Source of the DNA: Hypanus sabinus | Taxonomy: Eukaryota | Reading direction: 5' to 3' | DNA: 64,000 bases | Assembly (NCBI RefSeq): GCF_030144855.1 | Contig: NC_082718.1 | Location: forward strand, 52,762,001-52,826,000 | Part shown: positions 23,904-35,950 of the stretch, in pieces | How the letters are laid out: each line of letters starts with the position of its first letter | Numbering within the stretch: position 1 is the first letter of the stretch | The notes under the pieces: generated by a model | Told to the model about the DNA's origin: nothing | Seen by the model: only the letters and a program-made list of their open reading frames with translations | Database searches by the model: none | Program-made: the position numbers and the translations under genes

Positions 23904-24077
23904 CTACTGTACGTCTATACCACCCAGCCGTACCTGCCCCATTGGAGGAAGAACCTGTGGTTGGTACAGTGGCCTCATGAGTCACCACAGAGCCAGAGTG
24001 GTAGGAAGTCATTCTGATGCTAAGGGAATGCATAAGGAGAGGGATTATGATATGGGAAGTCGTGGCAGTGTGTAGTA

Positions 24078-24960
24078 ATCAATCAGAATCTATTTTATTA
24101 TCATTGACATGGGTTTTCTAACAGCAGTACAGTCCAATATATAAAGTAAAAGTCACAGAAAGAAACATTTTTAAAAAAGTAATGTAAACAGAGTGCAAGA
24201 TGGTGAGGTAGTGTTCATCAGTTCATGCACCATTCAGAAATCTGACAATGGAGGGACAGAAACTGTTCCTAAAACATTGAGTATGTGTCTTCAAGCTCCT
24301 GCACCTCAGTCATGATGCTTATAGAGTTGACGTGAATAGGCTGTTTCCATTGAAAGTAGGGGAGATTCAAACGAGAGGACATGATTTGAGAGTTAGGGAG
24401 CAGAAGTTTAAGGGAAACACGAGGGGGTTATTTCTTTACTCAGAGAGTGATAGCTGTGTGGAATGAGCTTCCTGTAGAAGTAGTAGAGGCCAGTTCAGTT
24501 GTGTCATTTAAGGTAAAATTGGATAGGTATATGGACAGGAAAAGAGTGGAGGGTTATGGGCTAAGTGCGGGTAGGTGGGACTAGGTGAGATTAAGAGTTC
24601 GGCACGGACTAGGAGGGCCGAGATGGCCTGTTTCCGTGCTGTGATTGTTATATGGTTATACGGTAGTGAGAAGAGGGCATGTCCTGGATGGTGAGGACCC
24701 TTAATGATGGATGCCGCCTTTTTTGAGGCATGGCCTTTTGAACATGTCCTCGATTGTGGGAAGGCTAGTGCCCACGACAGGGCTGGCTGAACTTACAACC
24801 ATCTCCAGCTTTTTTCAATTTTGTGCACTGTCCCATCGCTACCAAATAATGGTCTCCATGGTACATCTGTAGAAATTTGCTAGAGTCTTTAGTGACATAC
24901 CAAATCTCATGAAATGTAACTACCGGTGGGCTTTCTTAATTGCATCAATATGTTGGGACA
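24078..24960 (-). mobile_element. Rex1 3' fragment interrupted by a CR1 fragment
   Basis: Rex1 C-terminal sequence is continuous across the insertion (...catgatg | gtagtgagaagagggcatg...). Confidence 0.8.
24319..24661 (+). mobile_element. CR1 3' fragment
   Basis: TRGH..FTQRVIAVWNELP..VVEA..FKVKLDRYM followed by the ggccgagatggcctgtttccgtgctg tail. Confidence 0.85.
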
Positions 24961-25667
24961 CAGAAGGTGAAAGTGGATTAGTGTGGTTTTTTGAATGGAC
25001 ATATATAGATATGAGAAGAAAAGATAAAGGTGAAAAGTCAAGAGTTGTGAGGGAAAGGGGCTGCACTGCAGGTTATTGTTAACTAATGAAAAACGTTCAC
25101 GGCACAAAGTCAGTGGCCATTTGCCAGTGGAATGGATGCTCTGAACTACAGATAATTGTCCAAGTTGATTATAATATAAGAGGATAAAGACCATCAAAGA
25201 GTAACTGATGACCTGCTCAACTGGAATACAGCAATTTGATGTTAATTCAGTTTTAATGAAAATGAGATTCACAATTGCACAGGATTTATTTCATTTGGAT
25301 AATCCTTCCATTTCAGAGAATAAAATAAGAAAAAAGTTTAAAAAGCATTAGTCATAATATACTCAAAAAATAATAAGGCCCTAAACCAGTCTTTACTTCT
25401 CAGAGCATCAGCTTAAAAATTTGCCTCTGCATCCGTTGCAAGGATTGGAAAAAATGCCATGGTGTGAGAAATTGATTAGAATTGCTTCAAGATCTATGAG
25501 ACACTCATAAAAAATTATACAGGAGTTCCTCCTAGCCTTAAAAACAGTCAAATTTAATTGCAATGAGGTAAAAATTAATCTTGGACCATAACTCCAAACA
25601 ACTGGCATTACAATGACAATTCTGCAGAACTCAACAGAACTGAGTACCAGGTCAAGTGTTGGTCAGA

Positions 25668-25764
25668 AGGGGATGAGTGAAAGACAGCATTCAACACCTT
25701 CACTGGCCTCTATGAGTACCTCTTGAAGCCATTTGGTCTGGCCAATGCTCCTTTTGTTTTTCAG
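25668..25764 (+). pseudogene. Isolated ~100-bp Gypsy RT fragment
   Basis: [31 protein letters not shown]; homologous to 36400-36495. Confidence 0.75.
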
Positions 25765-28176
25765 TTCATTTTCTCTTCATTAGTTTGATTGAAGACTCGA
25801 TTAATAGCAAAACTAGTTGAAAATACTAAGCTTAATTAATTCATTGGTTTAGTTCTTTAATTGTACTGCCCAAGAAAATAAAGGGAGACCCACAATCTCA
25901 TAAGCTCTCAGAAATACCGAAGTACTTTCAACATGTGGTAACTATAATAATGACAGAGGTTTGGCAGTTGGATTGGACACCGTATGTTCTCACAAACAAC
26001 ATTGACAACCAATATGAAGATGTTGATTGAAAATAAATATTTTCCAAGACACCATAGAGGGTTCTTTTCACTGCTCCTTTTAAAATAAAACTAGAAGATG
26101 CTCTACCTCCACATAAGAACACAGTGGGTGATGTGCCTTGAAGTCTCACCCAAACTATAATATTTTGGGGAACATATTTTCAGTTCCATATTGAAGAATC
26201 AGTTAAGCCAATGCATTCAAATTGCTGGAGAAGGATAGACTTTGCTAATTAATTGTCACAGCAAAGGAAATCATGCAGTGGAAGCGAATGTTGGAATTTG
26301 GGAACCAAAGCCGATTCACTCAATGTGGTTTCTGATGCATTATTCATTCACTTTATGAGGTATTGCCAAAATCCCAGCATATGTTTCTGTCAAAGCTTTG
26401 TGCATGAAATTTTAATGATAAAAGTCATCCCTGTAAATCCAGAAGCTAATTCTGCAGAGGGAGTTAGCCAAGTAAGTCAAGTGATCCATGTATAGTTTAA
26501 ACTAAGATTAATTTTTAAATTAAAGTCTTCGATTCCCTCCCTCGCCTTCTCTCTCTGCTTTTTCCCCTCTTTTCCTTCTCTTTCCCCCTCACTCAGGAAC
26601 AGTATATGGTTAAAGCTGCTATGAATATAAAGAAACACACATAAAATATAAAGATATAAAATAGAAAAAAAATATGAAATATAAAGAACCATCCCTATCA
26701 ATTAAAAGCATAATTAGAAAGAACAGGTCAAACCAATGAATTTAAATCAAATCACCATTTAAAAGAATTCAGCCACTTCCATGGTTCACAAAAAGTGCAC
26801 AATGCTGTAAATTTGCTGCTTAAATCAAAGAACAGTGGCAAAGGACTCGCATTTATCTGCTGCCATTTTGCTCAAATTCTGCTGCTCTTCCAAATCCATT
26901 ATATGTTTTTATCCATTGACAGGATCTGGACATACTGGAATTGCAAGCATTTATTGCCCTTTAGATGGTAAGAACAAGCTGCACCCTGGAACTGCTGCAG
27001 TTTGTGAGACACAGGTGCTTTTTCATTGTTGTCAGTCAGGATGTATACCCAGTGATAATGAATGAACAGCAACATCTCAGGGAAACTTGCAGGTGGTGCT
27101 CACGTGAGCCAAACATCCTTTTATTTCGAACATTCCACCTGTCAAGGGTGATCCCAAGGCTGCGGTGAAGACTGGAGCCTGGTGGTCTTATCAGAATATA
27201 ATACAGGCATTCAAATGATGAAACTTGTCAACAGTTTCCATCATGTACTGATAACTGAGTATTCTGATGCCATGGTAATTAGCTAGATTAGAGTTATCCT
27301 GCTTTTGTGAACAAGATGTACCCTGGCAGCTTTCCACCTTGTCAGGTAACTGATACTTTAACAATGTCATAGAAACAGCCTGATTACAGGCACAGGTGCT
27401 TCCGGAGCACAAACCTTCAGCACCACACCCAAGATGTGGGCTGCCTGATTGCCTTTATTGTATCCAATGTTCTCAGATGTTCCTTGAAGTCAAGTCAAAT
27501 TAACTGATGACTATGCTTTGTGATTGAAACAGTGCTTTTTCCTGTCTCTGCAATTCTATCCCCAAACTTCTCTACCTCAATCTCACTCTCTAATTAACTT
27601 CCTTGACTGGAAGTTTTTCTTATCTCATTAAGTGGTTCCCTTTTTTAAGCCTTTGTGACATGTTGAAGATGCTAAATAGGCAACATTCTCTATGCTAATA
27701 ATCATTCCTCAGTTACATCCTGTCCTGTGCCACAGTTGTGCTGTACCATTATTTCAGTTAGACAATGAAGAGTTGTCAGGGCAAGGAGAGGTGGGAACAA
27801 TGTAATATTACTAGTTATGAATTACTTCCATCCTACTCCTCTAATTTGCTATTATACAGACTCCCAGTTAATTTTTATTTCTACTTATCTTCCACAATAA
27901 CTGTTTATTCTCTTTTAACTACCTCTGCTCACAGAAGGACATGATTTGCGTTGAGAGGATGCAGAGGAACTTCATTGGATTATATTTTATTCATTCAAGG
28001 GATGTGCACTTTGCTGCTAAGCCACCATTTAATTGCCTAAGAGGAGGTAACAGGGGTAAAGATGGCTGCCATCTTTGAAGTGTGAGCATAGCCACAGAGC
28101 TATCAGGAAGGGCACCCCAAGATTTCGATCCAGTGAAGGAATGACAATGTATTTCCATTAGTGACTACAGAAGTTT

Positions 28177-28541
28177 TGTGACTCGTTATCAAATCTATCC
28201 ATACTATTCTTTGACCTTAACAGTCACATACCGTACTTACAAATACAGATTGCAACATTTCAAAGGTAAACCCTACCATCTTCCTCAAGCACAAGTTAAT
28301 CAAATGAGAAATCCCCCAGAGACACCTCCTTATATACCCTCTCGAGTGAGCAGAGCCAGGGCAGGGCTTAATGTTCAATCCTGATTGTGGGATCTGAATT
28401 GCCTATTCCTGATTGGTTAGTTTGAATTGGCCTTGTTCTAATTGGTCAATTATTTTCTTTTAGTCCAAACCCACTTTAGGAACGTTATCCCAGACTGGAG
28501 TTATCTTTACACTCTTAGAACTGACATTTAGGTCCCCCACA
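28177..28541 (-). repeat. Possible solo LTR / U3-like promoter
   Basis: Minus strand TG...CA, three CCAAT boxes, then TATATAA. No TSD found. Confidence 0.35.
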
Positions 28542-28949
28542 TGCTTCATCTCCAGTGTTTCCCTAATCTTTCTATTGTAGGCATTCTCTTTCTTGCCAAA
28601 GATGTTGGCCTCATCAAACTTTGGTTCTCATGAGTATGATAAGCAGTGATCTGCTTTCAAGTTTTTTTAAGGCACATTTCTGTTCTGCTATCCTGGTCTT
28701 CAAAGCCTTCAAATCTCAGCAATATGTATTTTTTGGCATAGCGATAGAGGTATAGGGTACACAATTCCCTGACACAGAGGAAAATGGTTGGGTGCCACTT
28801 ATATACCAAGAGGGTATATGTGTCTCTAGGGGAATTTGTCTGAGGAAAATGGTTGGGTTTACTGTTGAAATATCACAGTCAGTATCTGTATGTGTGTGAA
28901 TGTTAAGGCCAAATGATATCATGGATAAATGTAGTCCCATCTCAGGATG

Positions 28950-29895
28950 GTGTGTTCCTTGTGGATATCTTCCACATGGTGGTGTCCCTATGCTTTGGTT
29001 GCCATTGTCCTCCTAACTTGTAGAGGTCATGGGATTAGAAGATACTGTTTAACAACTCTTGATCAGTTGCTGCAGTGCATGTTGTTGATGGTACAAACTA
29101 CCTCTACTGTGCATCAATGGTGGAATGAGTGAATGGCTCGGGATGGTATGCCTATCAAACAGGCTGCTATGTCCTATATATTGACAAGCTTCTTGAGTGT
29201 CATTGAGGCAATGGAGGGTATACCTAATGCTGTTTGTGGATAGTAGACATTCTTTGGGGAGTTTGGTCACTTGTCACAGGTTTGTAAGGTCTGCTCTGGT
29301 AGGCACGTTATATTTATAGCTACTTCAGTTCAGCTTCTGGTCAATTGTGACCACCAGAATATTGGAAGTGCAGGATTTAGTGATGGTAATACAATTGAAT
29401 GTCAGGAGATGATAGCTGGATTTTCTCTTTTGGATATTGTCATTGACTGGCACTTGTGTAATGCAAATATTGCCACCTGTCAGCCCAGGCCTGGATATTG
29501 TCCAAAGTCTTGTTGACTTTGGATGTGGACTTCATTATCTGCAGAGCTATGAATACTGCTGAACACTGTGCAGTCACCAGTGGGCATCCCCACTCTGATC
29601 TTACAACTGAAGGTAGGGCATTGAGCGAATATGGTTGGGTCCAAAAGATTAACCTGAGGAACTTCTGCAGAGATGTCCAGCAGTGGCTTTGATAATTGAC
29701 CTCTGCCTACCATAACCCTTCTCCATTGTGTGAGGTATGATTCCAACAAGCAGAGATTTACATCTGATTACCACTGTCTCCAGTATAACTGAATACTACA
29801 CTCGAACAAATACTGATTTGACATCAATTGCATTTACTTAGACCTCACCTCTGGAGTTCAACTCCTTTATCCATGTTTGGACCAGAACTGTAATG
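28950..29895 (-). mobile_element. Old CR1/L2-like RT remnant
   Basis: AEVPQVNLLDPTIF and CTVFSSI resemble the GVPQGSVLGP..F and ADDCT motifs; highly diverged. Confidence 0.5.
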
Positions 29896-30496
29896 AAGCA
29901 GAAATGGCTCTCACAGTGCAACAACTACTCTCAGAGCAGCAAGATTAGTCCAGGCTGAATTTTGTTGGCCAGGTGGAGGAGAAGTTAAAATCAGTGGAGG
30001 TTGGGTTGGTAGAAATGGCTATCACAGTATAACGTTTACTCTCAGAGCAGAAAGCCCATTCCAAGCTGAAAGAGCAGGTGTCCGCTCTCGCATCCTCTTC
30101 TATAGCAATCTCATCAACCTCAGCCGCTAATGTCCCGATTCCCTTGTCTTCTTCCAGGCCTGATCCGAGTATTCCTACATCCAGCAGATACTCCGGTGGC
30201 CCTGACTGCTGCAGAAACTTAATTACACAGTGTGACCTGGCTTTCCAAGCCCACCCAGGTTGGTTTAGTAAACTGGTGAATCTCTTAGTCAGACCCCGCT
30301 CAACCCGTTCAACACCCTATGAAAACAAGATTCTCCTGCAGGCCAGACTTTTCAGCAATTTGTAGTCGAGTTCAAGAGAATGTTTGACCTTCTTGTATGG
30401 GGTCAGGAGGCTGCCCACCAAGGGCGAGGGTCACTGAAAGACTATGCAGTAAAGTTCCACACACTTGTGGTTGAGACAGGATAGGAGGTGCCGCAT

Positions 30497-33400
30497 CAGA
30501 ATCAGATTTTAATATCACCTGCATATGTCATGAAATTTGTTAACTTTACAGCAGCAGTACAATGCAATGCATGATAAATAAATAGAGAAAAAAATTGAAT
30601 TATAGTAAATATATATATTAAATCATTAAGTTAAAATAAGTAGTGCAAATAAAATAGAAATAAAAAGGTAGTGAGGTAGTGTTCGTGGGTTCAATGTCCA
30701 TTCAGTGGAGCTAATAGGACTTGAGTTTCAATCCCTATGGTAAATCGGCACTCTCGATGTTGGCAGTGGTCTTGGAGTGGTGACGAGGAGAGTAGGTACC
30801 ACATCAGGGTCATCAGGTGGGCACCCTCCTTCTTTGACGTTTTGTTGATAAGCCCACGATGTCTCTAAAGGGTTCAACAGAGCTTAACAGGGCTCATCTG
30901 GCGTCCCAGATACACCCCTCTCAGTTCCGTCCCCTCCTGTCTTCATCTTGCAGCCCAGTTGTTGTCTTTCCTTTTAATCCAAATCCAATTACTGCTTTCT
31001 TCTGCTGCATTTGAGAAGGACTTGATTGCTTTTTGGAGTGAATAACCCCTCACCCCCACCTTCTTCAATAGACTGGTCATGGATGTAGCCACGAATCCCC
31101 TGCATCCTACTTCTACAGGGAAAATCTTGGTCTTCCAGCCATTCTGGGCAGCTTCACTTGCCAGTTCAGAGTACTTGGTCTTTTTACTCTCATAAGCTTC
31201 TTCAACACCATCTTCCCATGGTACTGTCAATTCCACAACATATGCCAGCTTGGCTTTTGTGGACCACAGGACCATGTCTGTCCGGTGTGTTGTAGCAGCA
31301 ATGTCTGGGGGAAACACAAGCTTTTTTTTCCAAGTCCACGTCCATCTTCCAATCCCGAGCAACCTGCAGAATGCTTACCTCTTTTGATGTTATATGGTGT
31401 TCTGGAGGTGGGCCTGCTGGTACAAATCGTGTGATGTGAACATTTCTTGCCGATGTTTGTGGGAGAACATTTGTGGTGATTTGCCCCTGTTCCAGATTGA
31501 TGCCAGCTGTCTGAGAACTTGGTTATGCCGCCAACTATACCGCCCCTGGCTGAAGTTTATGGTGCATCCTGTTAAAATGTGCCTTAGAGATCCAGGTGCT
31601 TGGCAAAGAGAGCAAGTGGGGTCTTCTCCCCACCACTGTTTCAGGTTTTGAGGTGTTAGTAGGAGGCTATAAGTGGCTCTGAAGACAAAATTTAGCCGAG
31701 ATCCCTCCATCTCCCAGGTGACATGCCAGCTGAGTTTCCTCTTTTCAAGGTTCTCCCAATTAGTCCATTGACCCTACTTGGCCATTGAGACGGCCGTGGC
31801 GTGTCGCTCTGTCTCCTCCTGTCTTGTCTCCTCCTCCGGCCGTCTCTTCTGCACTGATGTTGCCTTGTGCCATTGAGAAGCCTTTGTGATGAGCCCGAGC
31901 CCGGCTCTCCCAAGTTGGACTTGGCCAAGCACATCAAGCAGACTTAGCACTCTGAATGGCTTCAGATGGGGTCCACTTCCTCCCTGTTGCCACAAGGGGG
32001 GCCGCTGTTCAAATAACAGTATCTTCAGATTCAGTGAGGGTCGTGACCAACCTTGCTTTGGTGTATTTGAATTCTTCCACAAGACTTGCAATTGGTAATT
32101 CCAATTTGCCGTTCCCGTACAGTCCAACAGGACTTAAGCATAGTGGAAGTCCAAGCCACCGTTTCACATGTGTGCTGATCACTCCTTCGAGCTTTTCCAC
32201 CTTGTTGATGGGGATTTCATACACTGTTAAAGACCACATGAGTCTTGGGAGTATGCTGAACTGGAAGCACCACAGCTTAAGTTTTCCTGGCAGCCAGGTC
32301 TTGTTGATGTGAGCTATGTACGTGACGAAATCAGATGGCAGAAGGGAAGAAGTTGCTCCTGAATCACTAAGTATGCTCCTTCCCGATGGTAACAATGCGA
32401 AGAAGGCCTGTCTTGGGTGGTGGGGATCTTTAATGATGGATGCCGCCTTCCTAAGCCACTGCTCCCTGAAGATGTCTTGGATACTACAGAGGCTAGTGCC
32501 CATGATGTAACTGACTAACTTTCCAACTTTCCATTCCATTCCAGGCAGCGATGCAGCCAGTCAGAGTGCTCTCCACAGCACAGTTGTAGAAGTTTGAGTG
32601 TTTTAATTGACAAAACAAATCCCCTCAAACTCCCAAAAGAATCATAGTCCTTTTTTATAGCTGCATTAATACGTTGCATCCAGGTTAGGTGCTGGGAGAT
32701 ACTGACACCTAGGAACCTGTAATTGCTCATTCTCTCCACTTCTGATCCCACAAGGACAATTGGTTTGTCTTCCCTAGTCTTACCCTTCTTGAAGTCCATA
32801 ATCAGCTCTCTGGTCTTGCTGATTGACATTGACTGCAAGGTTGTTCTTGCAACACCACTCAACTGACTGGTATTTCTCACTCCTGTTTGCCCTTTTGTCA
32901 CCATCTGAAATTCAGGCAACAATAGACGCATCATCAGCAAATTTATAGTTGGCATTTCAGCTATGCCTAGCAACACAGTTATGGGTGTAGAGAGAGTACA
33001 ATAGTGAGCTAAGCACACGTCGTTGTGGTGCGCCAGTGTTGATCGTCAGCAAGGTGGAGATGTTATTTCCAAACCTCTCAGATTGTAGACTTCCAGTTAG
33101 GAAGTTGAAGATCCAGTTGCAGAGGGAGGTACAGAGGCCCAGGTTCTGTAGCTTTTCAATCAGGTCTATAGGAATGATGTTGAATGCTGAGCTATAGTCA
33201 ATAAACAGCATCCTGACATAAGTATTTTCATTGTCCAGGTGATCTAAGCCTGCATGGAGAGTCATTGAGATCACGTCTGCTGCAGACCTATTGTGGCAAT
33301 AGGCAAATTGCAATGGGTCCATGTCCTTTCTGAGATAGGCACTGATTCTAGTCATGCCCAATCTCTCAAAGCATTTCATCACCATAGTTGTGAGTGCTAC

Positions 33401-33965
33401 TGGACAATAGTCATTGAGGCTACTGACTCTGCTCTTCCTGGGCACTGGTATAATTAATGCCCTTTTGAAGTAGGTGGGAACTTCTGACTGTAGCAGTGAG
33501 AGGTTGAAGAGGTTGAACACTCCCAGATGGTTGGCACAAGTTTTCAGAGCCTTACCAGGTACTCCATCAGTCCCTGCTGCCTTGCAGGGTTCACCCCCCC
33601 CCCCACCCCCCAATGTCAGCCTCCAACACAGAGACAGAGTTATCAAATGCTGCAGGGATCCTCATTGCTATGGTTTTATTCTCCCTTTCAAAGCGAACAT
33701 AAAAGACATAGAGCTCATCTGGGAGTGACGCATCGCTGCCATTCATGGTGTTGGGTTTTGCACTGTAGGAAGTAATGGTCTGCAAACCCTGCCACAGTTG
33801 ATGTGCATCTGACATTGCCTCTAACCTCTCCCAGAATTGTTTCTTGGCCGATGAAACAGCCCTCCACAAGTCATACCTGGTTTTTTTATATAGACCTGGA
33901 TCAGCGGATTTAAATGCCACCAATCTAGCTCTCAGAAGACTACAAACCTCCTGGATGGGAGTCAA
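30497..33965 (-). mobile_element. Rex1 LINE (RT plus 3'UTR) inserted in chromovirus gag
   Basis: KAAGTDGVPG, NDYCPVALT, DPLQFAY, MLFIDYSSAFN, NTGAPQ; 3' tail near 30497. Confidence 0.9.
30706..32325 (-). mobile_element. HERO-clade RLE non-LTR retrotransposon, 5'-truncated, inserted in the Rex1 3'UTR
   Basis: LPGKLKLWCFQFSILPRLMW, KRWLGLP, CSLC..HILTGC..GRYSWRHNQVL, and RLE motifs VELTVPWE..KKTKY..PVEVGCRGF. Confidence 0.88.
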
Positions 33966-34689
33966 AAACCTCGTCACTGCTTTCCAGAATGGCCTGAGTA
34001 CAGAGATCAAAGTACGAGATGAAGAGGACAGCCTGGACGGCCTGTTAAATTTGTCCATTCAAATACACAACTGGAGAGCCGAGGGGGAAATTCCCATCTC
34101 TCAAACTCATCACCCCCTTCTCTCCTCTCTCATCACCCACCGAGGATCTCTTGTAGGTGGTGGGGGGCCTGTACCTGTCTCAGGAGGAATGTGATCGGCA
34201 CAGAAGGACAGGTTGCTGCCTCGGCTGTGGCTCACCATGACATCATGTCCCATGTGCCCAATCTTGAGACTCGTCAGCAAGAAGGGAATTCTGCCAGCTC
34301 GGTTCACCCTGCAAGTATCATCCCCTAATCAAGTAATACTCTCAGCTTCCCTGTTGAAGGGATCCCAGACCCATGGGCTCCTAGCATTTATTGACTCTGG
34401 GGCAGTCGGGAACCTCATGGATATCTCCCATGCTCATAGAAGCAGAGTTCCCATTGAGATGGAATATTGATATCAGGACTCTGGATGGTTGGCCTCTGAG
34501 CACTGGTAAGATCCACCTTTCTATGATACCCCTCCAACTTGTGCTAGAAGGCAAGAATAGGGAACAGCTCTTCTTCTATGCTATAGATTCACCTGAACTG
34601 CTGCTGATGCTTGGCCTTCCCTGGCTCTCTCGACACCGATCGGTTGGTCCTTAAAAGTGCTCCAAGATTGAGGCCCGGCATGCCTTACC

Positions 34690-35950
34690 CCAACTCTGTC
34701 TTATCCTCTCCAGTGCAGTCCCTTCCTGCCTACATTCATGACCCTTAACGCGCTCTGGATCTTTTCAAAGATTTCAAGTTCCATGGACCCCATCATCTTA
34801 TTTTCACAATGGATGTCCCGACCCTATACACCTCCATCCCCCATCAGGAAAGCATCAAAGCTCTCTGTTTATTTCTGGACACCAGAACCCAACCCATTCC
34901 CCTCCATCACCACTCTCTTCCATCCAGCAGAACTTGTCCTCACTTTCAATAATTTCTCCTTTGGCTCTTCCCACTTTCTTCAAACAAAAGGTGTAGCAAT
35001 GGGCACTCGCATGGGTCCCAGCTATGCCTGTATTTTTGTCAGCCACGTGCAACAGTCTATGTTCCAAGCCTACACTGGTATCCGTCCTCCACTCTTCCTA
35101 TGCTACATCAAAGACTGCATTGCTGCTGCTTCCTGCATCCATGTGGAGCTCATCAACATCATCAGTTTTGTCTCCAACTTCCACTCTGCCCTCAAATTTA
35201 CCAGTTCTCAATCTCACTATCTCTATCAATGGAGACAGCTTATCTACTGATGTCTATTATAAACCCATGGACTCTGACAGCTACCTGGACTATCCCTCTT
35301 CCCACCCTAATACTTGTAAAAATGTCATTGCCATTTTCTCAAATCCTCCATCTCCGCCTACATAGTACCTACACTCAGTCTGCTAGAATGAGAGGGATCT
35401 CCCAGTGGCCAGTCATTTTAATTTTACTTCCCATTCCCATTCTGATATGCCAGGCCATGGTCTCCTCTACTGTCACGATATGGCCACACTCAGGTTGGAA
35501 GAACAACACCTTGTATTCTGTGTAAATACTCTCCAACCTGATGGCATGAACATCAATTTCTCGAACTTCTGGTAATTCCCCCCCCTTTCACCATTCCCCA
35601 TCTGTTTTTTCCTCTCTCACCTTATCTCCTTGCCTGCCCATCACTTCCCTCTAGTGCTCCTCCCCGGCCTTTTCTTTCTTCCATGGCCTTCTGTTCTCTC
35701 CTATCAGACTCCTCCTTCTTCAGCACCCAATCTCTTTCACCAACTTTCCAGCTCTTTACTTCATCCCTCCCCCTCCTGGTTTCACACATCACCTTGTGTT
35801 TTTCTCTCTCCCCTCCCCCCACTTTTAAATCCACTCCTCATCTTTTTTTCTTCAGCACTGCTGAAGGGTCTTGGCCCAAAACATCGACCGTACTTTTTAT
35901 CCATAGATGCGGTCTGGCCTGCTGAGTTCCTCCAGCATTTTGTGTGTTGC
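34690..35950 (+). mobile_element. Penelope-like element fragment (RT, partial C-terminus, pLTR) inserted between chromovirus PR and RT
   Basis: MDVPTLYTSIPH, QTKGVAMGTRMGPSYA, YIKD (from YIDD), VYYKP..S.SYL..SSHP, LQPDGMN; degenerate hammerhead at 35853-35890. Confidence 0.9.

Noticed and set aside
25100-26700. Possible ancient L1-like remnant or host exons
   Set aside because: Only faint motif resemblance; cannot be supported without a profile search.
32009-32539. 176-aa ORF that looks like a novel fusion protein
   Set aside because: Chance read-through across the Rex1/HERO insertion junction.
33844-34194. 116-aa ORF
   Set aside because: Chimera of antisense Rex1 and the resumed chromovirus gag.
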